In this document: piece by piece, positions 27,301 to 38,520 of the stretch
Layout of the letters: the number at the start of each line of letters is the position of its first letter
How positions within the stretch are numbered: the stretch's first letter is position 1
Source: Utricularia gibba
Lineage: Eukaryota; Plantae; Magnoliophyta
Assembly (NCBI GenBank): GCA_002189035.1
Contig: CM007989.1
Location: 1,302,001-1,366,000 of the forward strand
Length of the DNA stretch: 64,000 nt
Direction of reading: 5' to 3'
Notes under the pieces: generated by a model
What the model was told of the DNA's origin: nothing
Databases searched by the model: none
Seen by the model: the letters and a program-made list of their open reading frames with translations, nothing else
Translations under genes and position numbers: made by a program

Positions 27301-28545
27301 TTGATCATAATCTGTTTCTATTGCAAGCGTGTGTTACTGAAAAACATGTCAGCAAAAGGCCTCAAAGCACAAGGAGAAAGCAGCAAGCTTGCAGCAGAGG
27401 CTGTATCGAACCTTAGGACGGTGACTGCCTTCTGTTCACAAGATCGGATCCTTAAGTTGTTTGAAAGAGCTCAACAGGGACCGAAGATGGAAAGCATTCG
27501 ACAATGCTGGTTCGCAGGTGTTGGCCTTGGGACAAGTCAGAGCCTCATGACTTGTACATGGGCCTTGGACTTCTGGTATGGAGGGAAGCTCATGACAGAT
27601 GGTTTTATAGGTGCAAAAGCTCTGTTTCAGACATTTATGATTCTTGTGAGCACTGGACGGGTGATTGCTGATGCTGGAACAATGACCAATGACCTGGTTA
27701 GAGGATCTGATGCCGTTGGATCAGTTTTTGCAATCTTGGACAGATTTTCTTTGATTGAACCAGAAGATCAGGATGGCCAAGAGCCAAAGAGATTAACAGG
27801 AGATATTGAGTTTTGTGACATTCACTTCTCATACCCTTCAAGGCCTGATGTTCTGATCTTCAAAGGGTTCTTTCTTCACCTTGTGGCTGGAGAATCAACT
27901 GCCATTGTAGGGCAAAGTGGATCAGGGAAGTCCACAATCATCAGCTTGATCCAAAGGTTCTATGATCCGATATCCGGGGTTGTGAGGATTGATGGTTATG
28001 ACATTAAGTCATACAATCTTCGATCTCTAAGAAAGCATATTGCCCTTGTAAGCCAAGAACCAACACTGTTCTCTGGAACCATAAGACAAAACATCACCTA
28101 TGGGGCAGAGTCTGATGTAGATGAGGCTGAGATCATCCAGGCTGCCAAGGCATCCAATGCACATGACTTCATCACTGGACTAAAAGATGGTTATGGCACA
28201 TTCTGCGGTGACCGAGGCGTGCAGCTCTCCGGAGGACAAAAGCAGAGAATTGCCATTGCTCGTGCCATCCTTAAGAATCCAGCAATCTTGTTGCTCGATG
28301 AGGCGACTAGTGCATTAGACAGTCAATCAGAGAAACTTGTGCAAGATGCGCTGGAGAGAGTGATGGTTGGAAGAACAAGTGTGGTTGTGGCTCATCGGCT
28401 GAGTACAATACAGAGCTGTGACATCATTGCTGTGTTAGAAAAAGGGAAAGTTGTCGAAAAGGGAACACATACCTCTTTGTTGGCCAATGGAGCTGGTGGC
28501 GCATATTACTCTCTGGTTAATCATCAAAGATCATCCAGTGCTTGA
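24330..28545 (+). CDS. ABCB15: Full-length ABCB (MDR/PGP) transporter, ABCB15-18 clade-like; 7 exons: 24330-24557, 24633-24687, 24780-24958, 25035-25492, 25572-26112, 26184-27095, 27175-28545; about 1247 aa
   Basis: Two TMD-NBD halves. Walker [10 protein letters not shown] and GQSGSGKST, signature [14 protein letters not shown] and [14 protein letters not shown], Walker [12 protein letters not shown] and [11 protein letters not shown]. Exons total 3744 nt in frame. The subfamily number is tentative. Confidence 0.93.
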
Positions 28546-28860
28546 ATTTCAATTTTCTCTATGTGCTGTAATGCATTTGTTCTTGAGAATCATAAATGTC
28601 AATGATATGATCTGCTTGGAAGCTTAAGAAGTAATATGAGAAGGCAGCCCTAGATCTGCTTGAAGAAGCACTGCTCATCATCTTCAAATATAAACCAGAA
28701 CTACAAACAATTCTATCATCAAATTTTCATCCCAAGTCATAATGGCCTTCAGGTTTTGAGACATCAGACGGCACAAAATTTCGCTGCATTTGTTGTGAAT
28801 GCGATCTTCTTTCTATAACGTTTTCAGTTAATAAAAGAAAAAAAAAATTCTTCGACATGT

Positions 28861-31128
28861 CTAAAGGCTGAGGTACAGAAGGTTTTCCATACCCTCCAGG
28901 TCACTCGTCCAGCCATAATGTAGTGTTAGGAGGGGGTCAATTCCTAAAGCCTGATAATAGGCTTTCTCTGCTGTCGCCATGCGATCCTGGAACACACTCC
29001 ATTCAAGGTGGCATCTCTCTCTCACCTGCAAAAACTCAGGTTTGTATCCAAATCTATTTTCTCAAAAGCATGTAATATGCAGCTTGCTTGCTTACCCCTT
29101 CCCATGGCTCTCTGCCATTTTCTGCTTTACCCTGTTGAAGAAATGCTAGAATTCAGTAGGAGAAATGATTAAAGAGATGAGGGCAATGTCTCGTAACCAT
29201 GTTGTCTCGGCACTTTTCAGTGAGGTAATGAGATAGATGTATGATTGTGATAACCTGACTCCCTAGTGAAGGAACACTTTGGTGTACAATCCACTGCGAA
29301 TCAACAACTCCAATCTTTTGATGAGCAGGCTTCATTTGAAGAAGAATTAGAACTGATAAAGAGAGATAGTTGTTTAAAAATGAGGTGACGAACTGACTTC
29401 TACACATTTTTGAAGAGCAAAATCCAAACCCCATCCATGTACTAAATCATTCTGCATCACAACTTCGTTACGTGAGCAAAGTCATAGTGCATCAACTCAA
29501 AACAGAAAAATATAAGGATATGTATATGGTATACTTGAATCATATGCCATACACAGCGCCATGCTTTCTGAGAAAAAACAGGAGCCATGATCTCGACAAA
29601 GCTGTATGGAGAAGCGTTGAATGTGAAAAACTGGAGAAGCGATCCCTTTTTATGAACATGAAAGGCTTACGCTGCACAGGGGGGTAAGTGAGGGACTTCA
29701 CACCAACCGGGTCTTTCCTCTGTCTCCCTGGGTAAACAAGAATACGAAATCATGTTTGTCATTACAGATGGATTGATACAGGAAAGTTAGTTGGTGATCT
29801 CACATGTGAACTTCAGAGTCGTTTCTCCTTCGAGTCATTTGCCAAGTCATTCCACTGTCTTCAGATAATCCTGGCTGTGAAATATCTAAGGAATGCTCCT
29901 TTACCAACTGAATGTACCTGTCATGGACGAAAGCCAGTTTCAGATAAGAAACATCCTTCTCTTAAACAAGCATCCTTGTTAATGTGCTCACTTTTCTGGG
30001 CTGAAATTCTCTACTCCCAAATCTTCATCCCATATGAATATGTAGTCATATGGCGCAACAACGTCTGGGTGCAAGAAGCGCTTCACATACCACCTGGTTT
30101 AAGCTTACATCAACGTTTATCTGTGAAGTGCATCAGCTTCTATAGGCGCATCATGGACTCAAGAATCATACCATTTTGCCTGCTTCCTCACACTCACATG
30201 GATAGCTTCTTTTGACCACTCAAACTCGTCCCAATCGCTAGTCCGACCATCGTAGTGGAACAGCATAACTTGGAAATTTTCCGTCAGCTGTAAAAACCTT
30301 GTCAATCAACAAAGTAGGAAGCCTAAAAAATACGGATAAGAAAAATGCTAGCTACCTTTTCAACCATAGCATTAATGTTGCTTCTTTGCTCATAACCTAC
30401 AGTGAAGGTAATGAGATACCTTGGTTTAACAATCAAATCCTGCAAATCCCCACAAATCCATGACATAATCATTCAACATTTGATATTCACCACATTATGA
30501 GGATACATACCTCCTTAGGGATACCCCAAATTCGACGGGAGTAGAAGTCAGATTCAGAAACAATTATACCAGGAGGTAGTCTCTCAGCACCTCGGGGATT
30601 GGTAGCAACCCAAATCTAAAATTAGAAGCATGTGAACTCAAGAAAAAGTGAAAACAATTAAAAACAGGGAGAATTATTTTGAGCTTCTGATTTTCACATT
30701 GCTATCATTGAACTTCTTGGAAACAGCTCTACGGCCTCTAAGTGAAGACCAAACATTTAACAGTGCTTGTGTCGAGAGATCTGAATACTTGTCCTCAATG
30801 TAGGCTAGATCAAAGATGTTCGACGATAAACTGGCCTGAAACAATGAATAGATCACAACGATCATGGGTTTATAACGCTTACCCATAAATTTTTTTAAAA
30901 AAACTTTCTTCTTGCCTTCGAAGATGGTGAACGTGATTGAAAAGATGCACCCAGAAAAAAGCCTACTATGATCCCCACCAAAGTTATTATGAGCAGCCTT
31001 ATTTTGTCATTAGCTCCCTTGATACGCCAGCGACTGCATAGATCAAGAAAATTCTTATACATTGACGCAAATCAACAAAAACAATGAAGTGCATTAAAAA
31101 CGACAGACCTCCGCATCAGCCTGACCAT
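28861..31128 (-). CDS. DUF707 family protein (type II membrane anchor), 14 coding exons plus a probable 5'UTR intron
   Basis: IEDKYSDLSTQALLN, IWVATNPRGAERLPPGIIVSESDF, LFHYDGRTSDW, KRFLHPDVVAPYDYIFIWDEDLGV, FVEIMAPVFS, NDLVHGWGLDF. All exon phases are consistent. Confidence 0.88.
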
Positions 31129-31874
31129 GTAATCCAACGCCACAAGTTTCCGCTTCAAACCCAGCGGATTACATCAACACTTGACCCGAAAACTGGTATT
31201 ACGAAACAAGAAATACAAGAACACCATCATTTTCGGTCCTCGAACCCAACGCAACGATTCAAAAGAAACAGGGTCTGTTAGAAAAAAAAAAAAAAAAGAA
31301 ACAAGAAGCCGCACACTCTTCTTCAAGCATTCTTTTCAATTCAAACACGGATTAAATCCACTCCCGTTGCAACAAATTCTAATCCATCTAACGATAAACA
31401 TTGACCGCACCGTACGTGATTGAGAAATATGAGTTTCACAGCCGAAACAAATGCGTCGTTTCAAGAACAAAACGCGCTGGGGAGTGCAGAGACACGCAGA
31501 AAACTGCACGAATGAATACAAATGGAAGCCGCCATTAATGGCAACAGATGGATTCTGATGGATTCGTGTGCAGAGAAGAGAGCAGGGAGCTTGGGGTTTG
31601 AATTCTTCAGGCATGGCATTATTTTTAGTCTGTATTAATTATTCGTTAAAAATAAATGCTCTCGCCTTTGGGCCCATGATGTGACGTCAAATGGGCCGAG
31701 AAAAGACTTTTTTATCCTCCATTCATACTATTTTTAATCCACAGAACTGTTGTATGTGCCGCCAACAGAACCGTTACAGAGAGGCAGCAATAAAACGACA
31801 ATACCTGAAAACCGAATCTAACGGCAATGTGATAACCATAGGGTTTGCCTGCTTATTGCTTTCTTACAGATCAG

Positions 31875-33061
31875 CTAATGCTTCTTACAAAGGCCAAGAA
31901 ACACAACTGCAGATGAGACTTGCACTCGAAGATCAGCAATATCAACGTCATGCCCACCTTCCACCAATCCCCATTTATCAATCTGCAAATCTTCCTCCAG
32001 CCTAATCAGTTCAATACCCTGTTCTATGCTTAGCCTGCCCCGAAAGATTGCTACTGCTATCATCAACGAGTGCGCCACTGAGGCGATGGCGTCGATTGCA
32101 GCTAGTTCACAATCATCGGTCTTCTTGAGGACATTCTCAATGGCCTTCGTCAGACCTTCCTCCTGTTTGCCCCCAAAGAAGCTGGTGTATACAGCAGGCC
32201 TGTACCTGAATTCTGATTCCACCCATTTGAGAAGGGGACTGAACTTCTCCACTTGAAGTTCTACATATGATCGGAAGGAAAAAAGCTCATGTGAATGGAT
32301 AGGGGGTGAAAATTCAAGACACTAGTTCATGTGCAAGCAGATAAAAAATGTCAAATATGTAACTCTTGCATTTGATACCTCGGAGATCACTTGTGAGGTC
32401 GCTGTCTCTCGGGGCACGAACAAAGACCAGATCTTGATTGAATTTTTTCATCAAATTCTCAATGATTTTGTTTCTAGTGAGTGGCACTCGTTCAAATGCA
32501 GTACAGGCGAGCTTCATCAGAGGCATTGTGAAAGGCCGGATTCCATCTGTTCGCTACTAGAACATTAAGATGCATCACAATTTTGCTCCAAAACGCGGAA
32601 ATCTAAAGGGCGTGGAATCAAAGAAAATAGGTTCAACGCACCTGATACTCCCATTCAGCTGCAATTGCTTTAGCAAGGGCTAAAGTTGGGCACCTGAGAT
32701 TCTTCTTCGATGGAGTTTTCAGTGTTCTGTAATCCAACATTACATACCATCCAACTCCATCTTCAGCTTCTCTAGTCGTCGCCTTCTTGTAAAATCGCTT
32801 CCCAACAATTGAACCCGTCATGAACGACATTGGCATCGTCACCGCAGAGGCTGATTTATCCGGCCCTTTTATGTGGATGGCTTCATCATGACCCGAAGCC
32901 GAGCCCCCCGAATCGACTGAAGAAAAGGTGAAAGATGAAGTTTCATGATGGGAGCCACCAGTTGCGGCGGCGGAGCTGAGGTTTAGACGGCCGAAACCGA
33001 ATGCCCTACCGACGTGTATCCTTTGATTTTTTAGGGTTTTTCTGCACAGGAGAGACGCCAT
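31875..33061 (-). CDS. ATP12: Mitochondrial F1-ATPase assembly factor ATP12/ATPAF2, 3 exons: 33061-32642, 32553-32379, 32260-31875; about 326 aa
   Basis: MPMSFMTGSIVGKRFYKK, VMLDYRTLKTPSK, LAKAIAAEWEYQ, IRPFTMPLMKLACTA, LIRLEEDLQIDKWGLVEGGHDVDIADLRVQ. Confidence 0.93.
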
Positions 33062-33097
33062 TTCCAACGGATCGGAAGATGAAGACGACAGATTTAT

Positions 33098-33197
33098 TGG
33101 GCTTTTATATATATTGGGCCTTTGATTTGATGGGCTCCACCGTATGCCGTTGATTGGATAGACGCCATTCCAACTCTGTCAACTATACGACGCCGAC
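33098..33197. promoter_or_regulatory. Divergent ATP12/dehydrin promoter: three site II motifs (33098, 33115, 33131) and a DRE/CRT core GCCGAC (33192-33197)
   Basis: Motifs read directly in the 280-bp gap between the two start codons. Confidence 0.5.
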
Positions 33198-33341
33198 GGC
33201 ATCCAGCGACGCGTAGATATTTGTATGTCGTCCCCCCGGTCGCCTTCCTCCACGCGATTCTAAATAGGTCGCCGCGGGATTCCGACCAATCCTCGATTAT
33301 TTTCCCCAAATCGTTTCCAATTTCCTCCAACAGTCTGAGAA

Positions 33342-33552
33342 ATGGCGGGCATCGTTCACGAGATCGAAGAAAAACTAGGATTCCACGATCACAAGCACCA
33401 CGAAGAGGAGAAGAATTATTGGAAGAATGATTCGTGGATAAGGTCAAGGACAAGAGACATTGCCGAGGGCGAGCATTCCAAGGACGGCGAGAAGAAGCAC
33501 GCCGACGGCGACGAGCATCCACCATGACCATAACAGCAGCGATCGCGATTAG
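33342..33552 (+). pseudogene. Degenerate KS-type dehydrin (HIRD11-like)
   Basis: MAGIVHEIEEKL start as in KS dehydrins. The K-segment remnant FVDKVKDK is in another frame and preceded by TGA. The S-segment-like tail HHDHNSSDRD* is in the third frame. Confidence 0.7.
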
Positions 33553-34027
33553 GCGGCGGTCGTCACTCTTGATTCGACCGTCTACTGTTTTTATCTAATC
33601 AAGGCATGTCGTCTCTCCCGAAATTGTCATCTCATCGCCAGTATCAGTATTCTGTGATCTGCGAATGGATTACTTCCTGGTTGGTTTTCAAGTAGAAGAT
33701 CGGTCGGTATCTATACTATCGGGAGTAAAAATGGGAAGGCTATTGTGCCCTTTCTTTTCAGTGCTGCGCTTGCTGGCAGATTCACAAGAACTCTTTCCTT
33801 ACCTTGCACGATAACGGAATCCGATTCCGATCGACAGTTTTTTTGGATCGCGTTCAGTCTATTGCATAATTGGACAGGATATTATTTATTATATCGAGAT
33901 GGGATAAACATAAATAGCTTAATAATATATTTTCCACTTCTTTTTATTTTCCAAAAAACTATAAATATGGATCGTGTCTGCCGAAGCCCAAGGCCGTAGT
34001 AGGGTAAAGCTTAGGGCTGGAAGCGAA

Positions 34028-34222
34028 ATGCTGCGCAGGAAGCCGACAAAAATTGAGATCAGAATCGAAGACAAAGAAGAACTCGAAGAAGCCCGTAAAC
34101 GCGCCGCCGCTGCTGCCACCACCGTGTCTTCGTCCTCCACATCCACCGCTTCTTCGCTCCTCCACTACTTCGATCGCTCATCCGCAGATCCCTCTTCCAA
34201 ATCCCACCGGATCGGCCTCTGA
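34028..34222 (+). CDS. CDC26: APC/C subunit CDC26 (64 aa), uORF of TTM3
   Basis: MLRRKPTKIEIRIEDKEELEEARK...SSKSHRIGL*, matching the plant CDC26 N-terminal motif and C-terminus. Confidence 0.93.
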   Translation: MLRRKPTKIEIRIEDKEELEEARKRAAAAATTVSSSSTSTASSLLHYFDRSSADPSSKSHRIGL

Positions 34223-34265
34223 TCAGTCTCAGTCTCCAATCACCACCGGCCCTCGAGAACTGCCG

Positions 34266-34877
34266 ATGGAGATCGAGGTGAAGCTCCGTCTCGTCAGCAA
34301 ATCCGGACATCAGAAGCTCCTCTCCGCCCTATCTCCGTTCCTCGTTACTACTCACCATCAACGTAACGTCTTCTTTGACGGATCCAATTCCGAGCTCTCA
34401 TCGCGGCGAGCCGTTCTTCGTATTCGTTTTCACGAGGAACCCGAAAGCCCTAAATCCTTCCTCTGCCTCAAATCCAAGGCCGTGATCGCAAATGGTGTGA
34501 GCCGCGCTGAGGAAGATGAAGAAGAAGTAGATCCTGAAACCGCGATGGCGTGCGTGGAGGATCCGCAGAGGCTGCTCAGCGTGGATTGGAGGGTCTTGAG
34601 GAGAGTGAAGGAAGAATTCGGCGTGAAATCAGGGTTCGTTGGCTTGGGGGGATTCAGGAACCTGAGAAACGTGCACCAGTGGAAGGGACTGAAGCTGGAG
34701 GTGGATGAAGTGAAGTATGAATTCGGCGAAATGCACGAAGTCGAGTGCGAGAGCTTGGAACCGGAGAAGGCTAAGGGGATGATCGAAGAGCTTTTCAAGG
34801 AGAATGGGATCGACTATTTCGACTCTGTTATGTCTAAATTTGCAGTCTTTCGAGAAGGGAAGATCCCATTCCCATAG
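34266..34877 (+). CDS. TTM3: Triphosphate tunnel metalloenzyme 3 (CYTH domain), intronless; 203 aa
   Basis: MEIEVKLRL (ExExK motif), HQRNVFFD, RRAVLRIRF, LGGFRNLRNV, LKLEVDE, SKFAVFR. Starts 43 nt after the CDC26 stop. Confidence 0.93.
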   Translation: MEIEVKLRLVSKSGHQKLLSALSPFLVTTHHQRNVFFDGSNSELSSRRAVLRIRFHEEPESPKSFLCLKSKAVIANGVSRAEEDEEEVDPETAMACVEDPQRLLSVDWRVLRRVKEEFGVKSGFVGLGGFRNLRNVHQWKGLKLEVDEVKYEFGEMHEVECESLEPEKAKGMIEELFKENGIDYFDSVMSKFAVFREGKIPFP

Positions 34878-34998
34878 TTACATCTGGTGTAACTTACACC
34901 AGACGAGGAAGTCTCCCTGTTTTGCATTTCAAGCACAGACTTTGAATTCCAATGTGCTCCTTTCAATTCATTTTCTAGACCAGGAGAGCATTCAGATG

Positions 34999-35110
34999 TA
35001 AGCAACAGAGAAGTACCAATGGAAACTAAAGAAACCAGTCACAAACGTAAGCAACAGAGAAGTACCCATTGAAACTAAAGAAGCCAGTCACAAATAAATG
35101 CAAGCAACAG
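34999..35110. repeat. About 49-bp tandem repeat, 2 full copies plus a partial (AAGCAACAGAGAAGTACC...)
   Basis: Read directly between the convergent TTM3 and ferredoxin-like genes. Confidence 0.75.
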
Positions 35111-35261
35111 AGAAAAGCACTCATACTCAATAAGTGTTGTGTGAATAAGCTAAGGTGTAGTTTGCTTCATGGTGACACAAGGATTATTTGTAGCGGACCA
35201 GGAGTACAAGGTCCATATGTCTAGTATAGAGACAAAACATGGGATCGTAAGCGGCAATGCC

Positions 35262-37058
35262 TTACCTCGTTCTGTGGAAGGAAGTGTGAGCCACCACTAG
35301 AACAGCCGCCACTACGCCAACTACGGCCAAAGATGTAAGAACATGGTGCTGCTCCCATTTTGTGAATAGTTTTGTCTTGATTGATTTCAGGTTTTCGGAT
35401 TTGCACCATGAGGAGCCGCCGCTAGCTGCTTGGCAACAACCCCGAGTCTTCTTTTCAGTGTCATTGGGTTTGTCGACCATGCAGCATGAGGAACCATTCG
35501 CCCCTTGGCAGCACCCGCCCTTCTGCTCGGTGTCAATGAGGGGAAGCTGCTTTTCTGTCCCGTTCGCGATGCTAGAAAGAGTCACCTCATCGACCTTCTC
35601 AGGTTCAGCCGTGGGTGCACCCATTTGGCCCCTACGATTACCACAATGCAACTCGTTTGAAAACAGTTAAAATATTTTGAAGGTTAGTAGAAAATGAAAA
35701 ATAAATGATCTTCAACCTCCAGAGGCGTCTAACCACTTCCCCCTGTATGATTTGCTTCTCAATTATCTCAAGCACATCATCGGGTGTCACGTATCCATAC
35801 CTGCACAAGTATATTATGTAAACATTTATGAAGTTCTGGACTGATAAAAAAAAATTGTGAAGTTCTAGATGCAACAAAGAACAGAAATTTGTAATGAAAC
35901 TTGGGCACCCACCAGTTTCCAACAGTATTTTTCTCGGCATTTGCAGAAAAAATAATGATGTTGCCTGCGTACTTATGTCCTCCTATATGTGAACAAGCAG
36001 TCACTTGTAACGACTGCTTCACGTCCTTGGCATAAGCCACCTCCTTAAATTTTTCAATGAGTAGAGGGCCGCAAACACCACATCTTCGATCTCTGTTATT
36101 GTGGCAACAAACAAACACATAGGCTCCAGTCAATACTTCTCCCTTTCCACCAGTCCATTCGTTGCCGCGTACAAGCACATCGTCAACAAAAGTTTCCACA
36201 TCTGAGTCCTTCAACCCCCTTTAATACGATTAATGAAGAAAGGTGATCACAGATGAAGTCAGCAAATAAACGGAACACAGCATAGAACAGAAAGAGACAG
36301 CGACTACCTGTAAAGAATGTTGTCTGGAAAAACTAGCACATCCCCATCAGCCAATCCCACATCATCTCCGCCCTCACATATGGTCAAGCGAGCCTATTCA
36401 GAATATAAGCACAATTTTTTGAAGAGGAAAAATCACTCTACACACAAGCATAATAAGAACCTAGAAGAGGGAAAGCAAGGAGTATACTACATCAAGCGAC
36501 CATAATGGGGCTTGACTCATTTCACATTACTCAGCAAGCAAGTAAAAAGTATTTCCAACTTTCAAATGCTAATAACCAGATAAAAAATTGAATATTTGGC
36601 ATCGAAATTCATTAGCAGGCTATACAACATTATTTAAGCAAAAAATCCTATTTTTTAAGCTAGAAACACTGCACACATAAGAATGAGAAATATGCCCAAC
36701 CAATACTAGCTTGTTCTTCCTACGGAGTCTAAAACCCATGATTGCGTTCAAACTCTAGGGTTCGTATTGAGTAATTTTCCGCAATTTCAGAACCACAAGC
36801 TCTATGAGACGGTACCTTGGGAGAGATTTCGTTCTTGCGAGATTTGAGAGCAGATGCAAACAGCTTCGGAAGTAGATCGGAATCCGAATCCTCGACGCGC
36901 GCAGGCCACGCCTCGTGAGACTTGTAGCAGAGGAACACGTGTCGGTCGTACGGGTCAACGGTTCCAGCCAAGGGGCTTTGATACATCTCCGGTCGTTTGA
37001 AGCCGTATTTGACCTTCTCGTCCTCGGTCCCGGGTAGGTTCTCGCCGTCTCCAGCCAT
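35262..37058 (-). CDS. Sucrase/ferredoxin-like (AIM32/APD1-type thioredoxin-like [2Fe-2S]) protein, 5 exons: 37058-36816, 36393-36308, 36218-35913, 35800-35717, 35631-35262; about 362 aa
   Basis: LAGTVDPYDRHVFLCY, FVCCHNNRDRRCGVCGP, CSHIGGHKYAGNIIIF, WYGYVTPDDV...LWRGQMG, C-terminal transmembrane segment. A strong AG|GTAAG donor at the stop may indicate one more tiny exon. Confidence 0.88.
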
Positions 37059-37479
37059 GGCGTGACGATAGCGACGCTTTGGAAAATCAGAGAAGATATC
37101 CCCGTTGAAAGGCAGCGGGGCGAAACTCGTGTGAATATGTTCTCTCACCCTACCCGAAAACTGTCTCCATTGGAAACGCAAACCAAAAAACGATTTTTAG
37201 ATTCCATTCGTTTTTCTCTTAAAAATTTAAAATTGAGATAGCGACTTTACACAAATTCAAACTCCAAATGAATATCAATTATCACCCGTTTACTGATTTT
37301 AAACTGTTTTTGGAACACCTGAAAAATCATTATAAAATGTAAACTATTTATATTGTAAAAAAAATAAAAATCTAAAAATATTTATTGTTCTTAAAAAATT
37401 GTAAACATGAAATTTCAATAATATTGTAAATATTCTCACAAAAATAATTTTTAAGAAGTAGAATCAAATACAATCATTT

Positions 37480-38190
37480 TTGGAAAATGCTTTAAATAAA
37501 ATAGAAATTAAAAAGTATTTAAGTTTCGTTTGAGACCAGGTTTTAATTTGTTCATATTAAATAAAATTAAATTTAATTTATATAAAAATGAATGATATAA
37601 AAAACATAAGTATATTTTGTATAAAGTGTTTTAAGTAATAATTATCTATGATGTGTTTAATATAAATTTTTATAATTACTTATATATATATATAATATTA
37701 TTAAAATATTCATAATAGATAATCGAAAATATTTTTTTAAAAAATAAAGATAATATTGTATTTTAGGTAAAGTTGCAGAGAGGGTGGGCCTGGGGCAAGC
37801 CCAGACTGAGCACAGCGGGCTTCTAAAGCAAAGGTCCACACGATAGACCCAGCACCAGACTAGGGCTCCTTAGGTAACAGAGCCACGGGCCAGGCACAGC
37901 CCAATTTCACGGACTGCATGGGGTCGAAATATTTTTTTTTTTTTACTTTTTCCAGATTATTTAATGTTTTTTTTATCACTTTACACGTTAAAAAACTAAA
38001 GCTATATGTAGTACATATTTTGAGAAATTAATAGTTTTTATGAACATAATTATTTCTTATTTTTGAGAATGTAAATTCTTATTTTAAAAATAATACATGA
38101 ATATAACACAAATTATTTCATGCATTTTAATTTTTCTAGAATTCAATTAGATTATTATTGTAAAATAAATTTTTTAATATAATATATTTC

Positions 38191-38222
<32 letters not shown>

Positions 38223-38520
38223 AAAGTTACATAATATTAGTTCATTTTACGTATTATTTTCATTTTTAAAAAATTCATTGTAAAAATGTGTGCATAATGA
38301 ATTTTGTCCAAAAGTTCTATTTAAAAATTGACCGGTAACAGAACCCCACATCCATTGTGACAGGCCGGGCTGGCAATTTCCATGTTGCCGCAAACAGTCC
38401 ACCGAAGGCCACGCAAAAGGGGGCGGGCGCGGGCCCTGGAGGTTTGCTGGCTCCCAAGTGGCGGGGCCTGGGCGGCGCACGACGGACGTGGATGAAGCGA
38501 TGGACCATGGATTATCCTTG
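37480..38520. mobile_element. AT-rich tract with (TA)n microsatellites and GC-rich GGGCC/GGCAC islands (37780-37925, 38330-38520), probable MITE-like remnants
   Basis: Composition and GGGCC-rich motifs. No clear TIR or TSD found. Confidence 0.25.

Noticed and set aside
28861-28940. Possible fourth homopolymer frameshift at the DUF707 C-terminus (C5 in GIDP)
   Set aside because: The ORF stays open to a stop as written and this tail is variable in the family, so no lesion can be shown.
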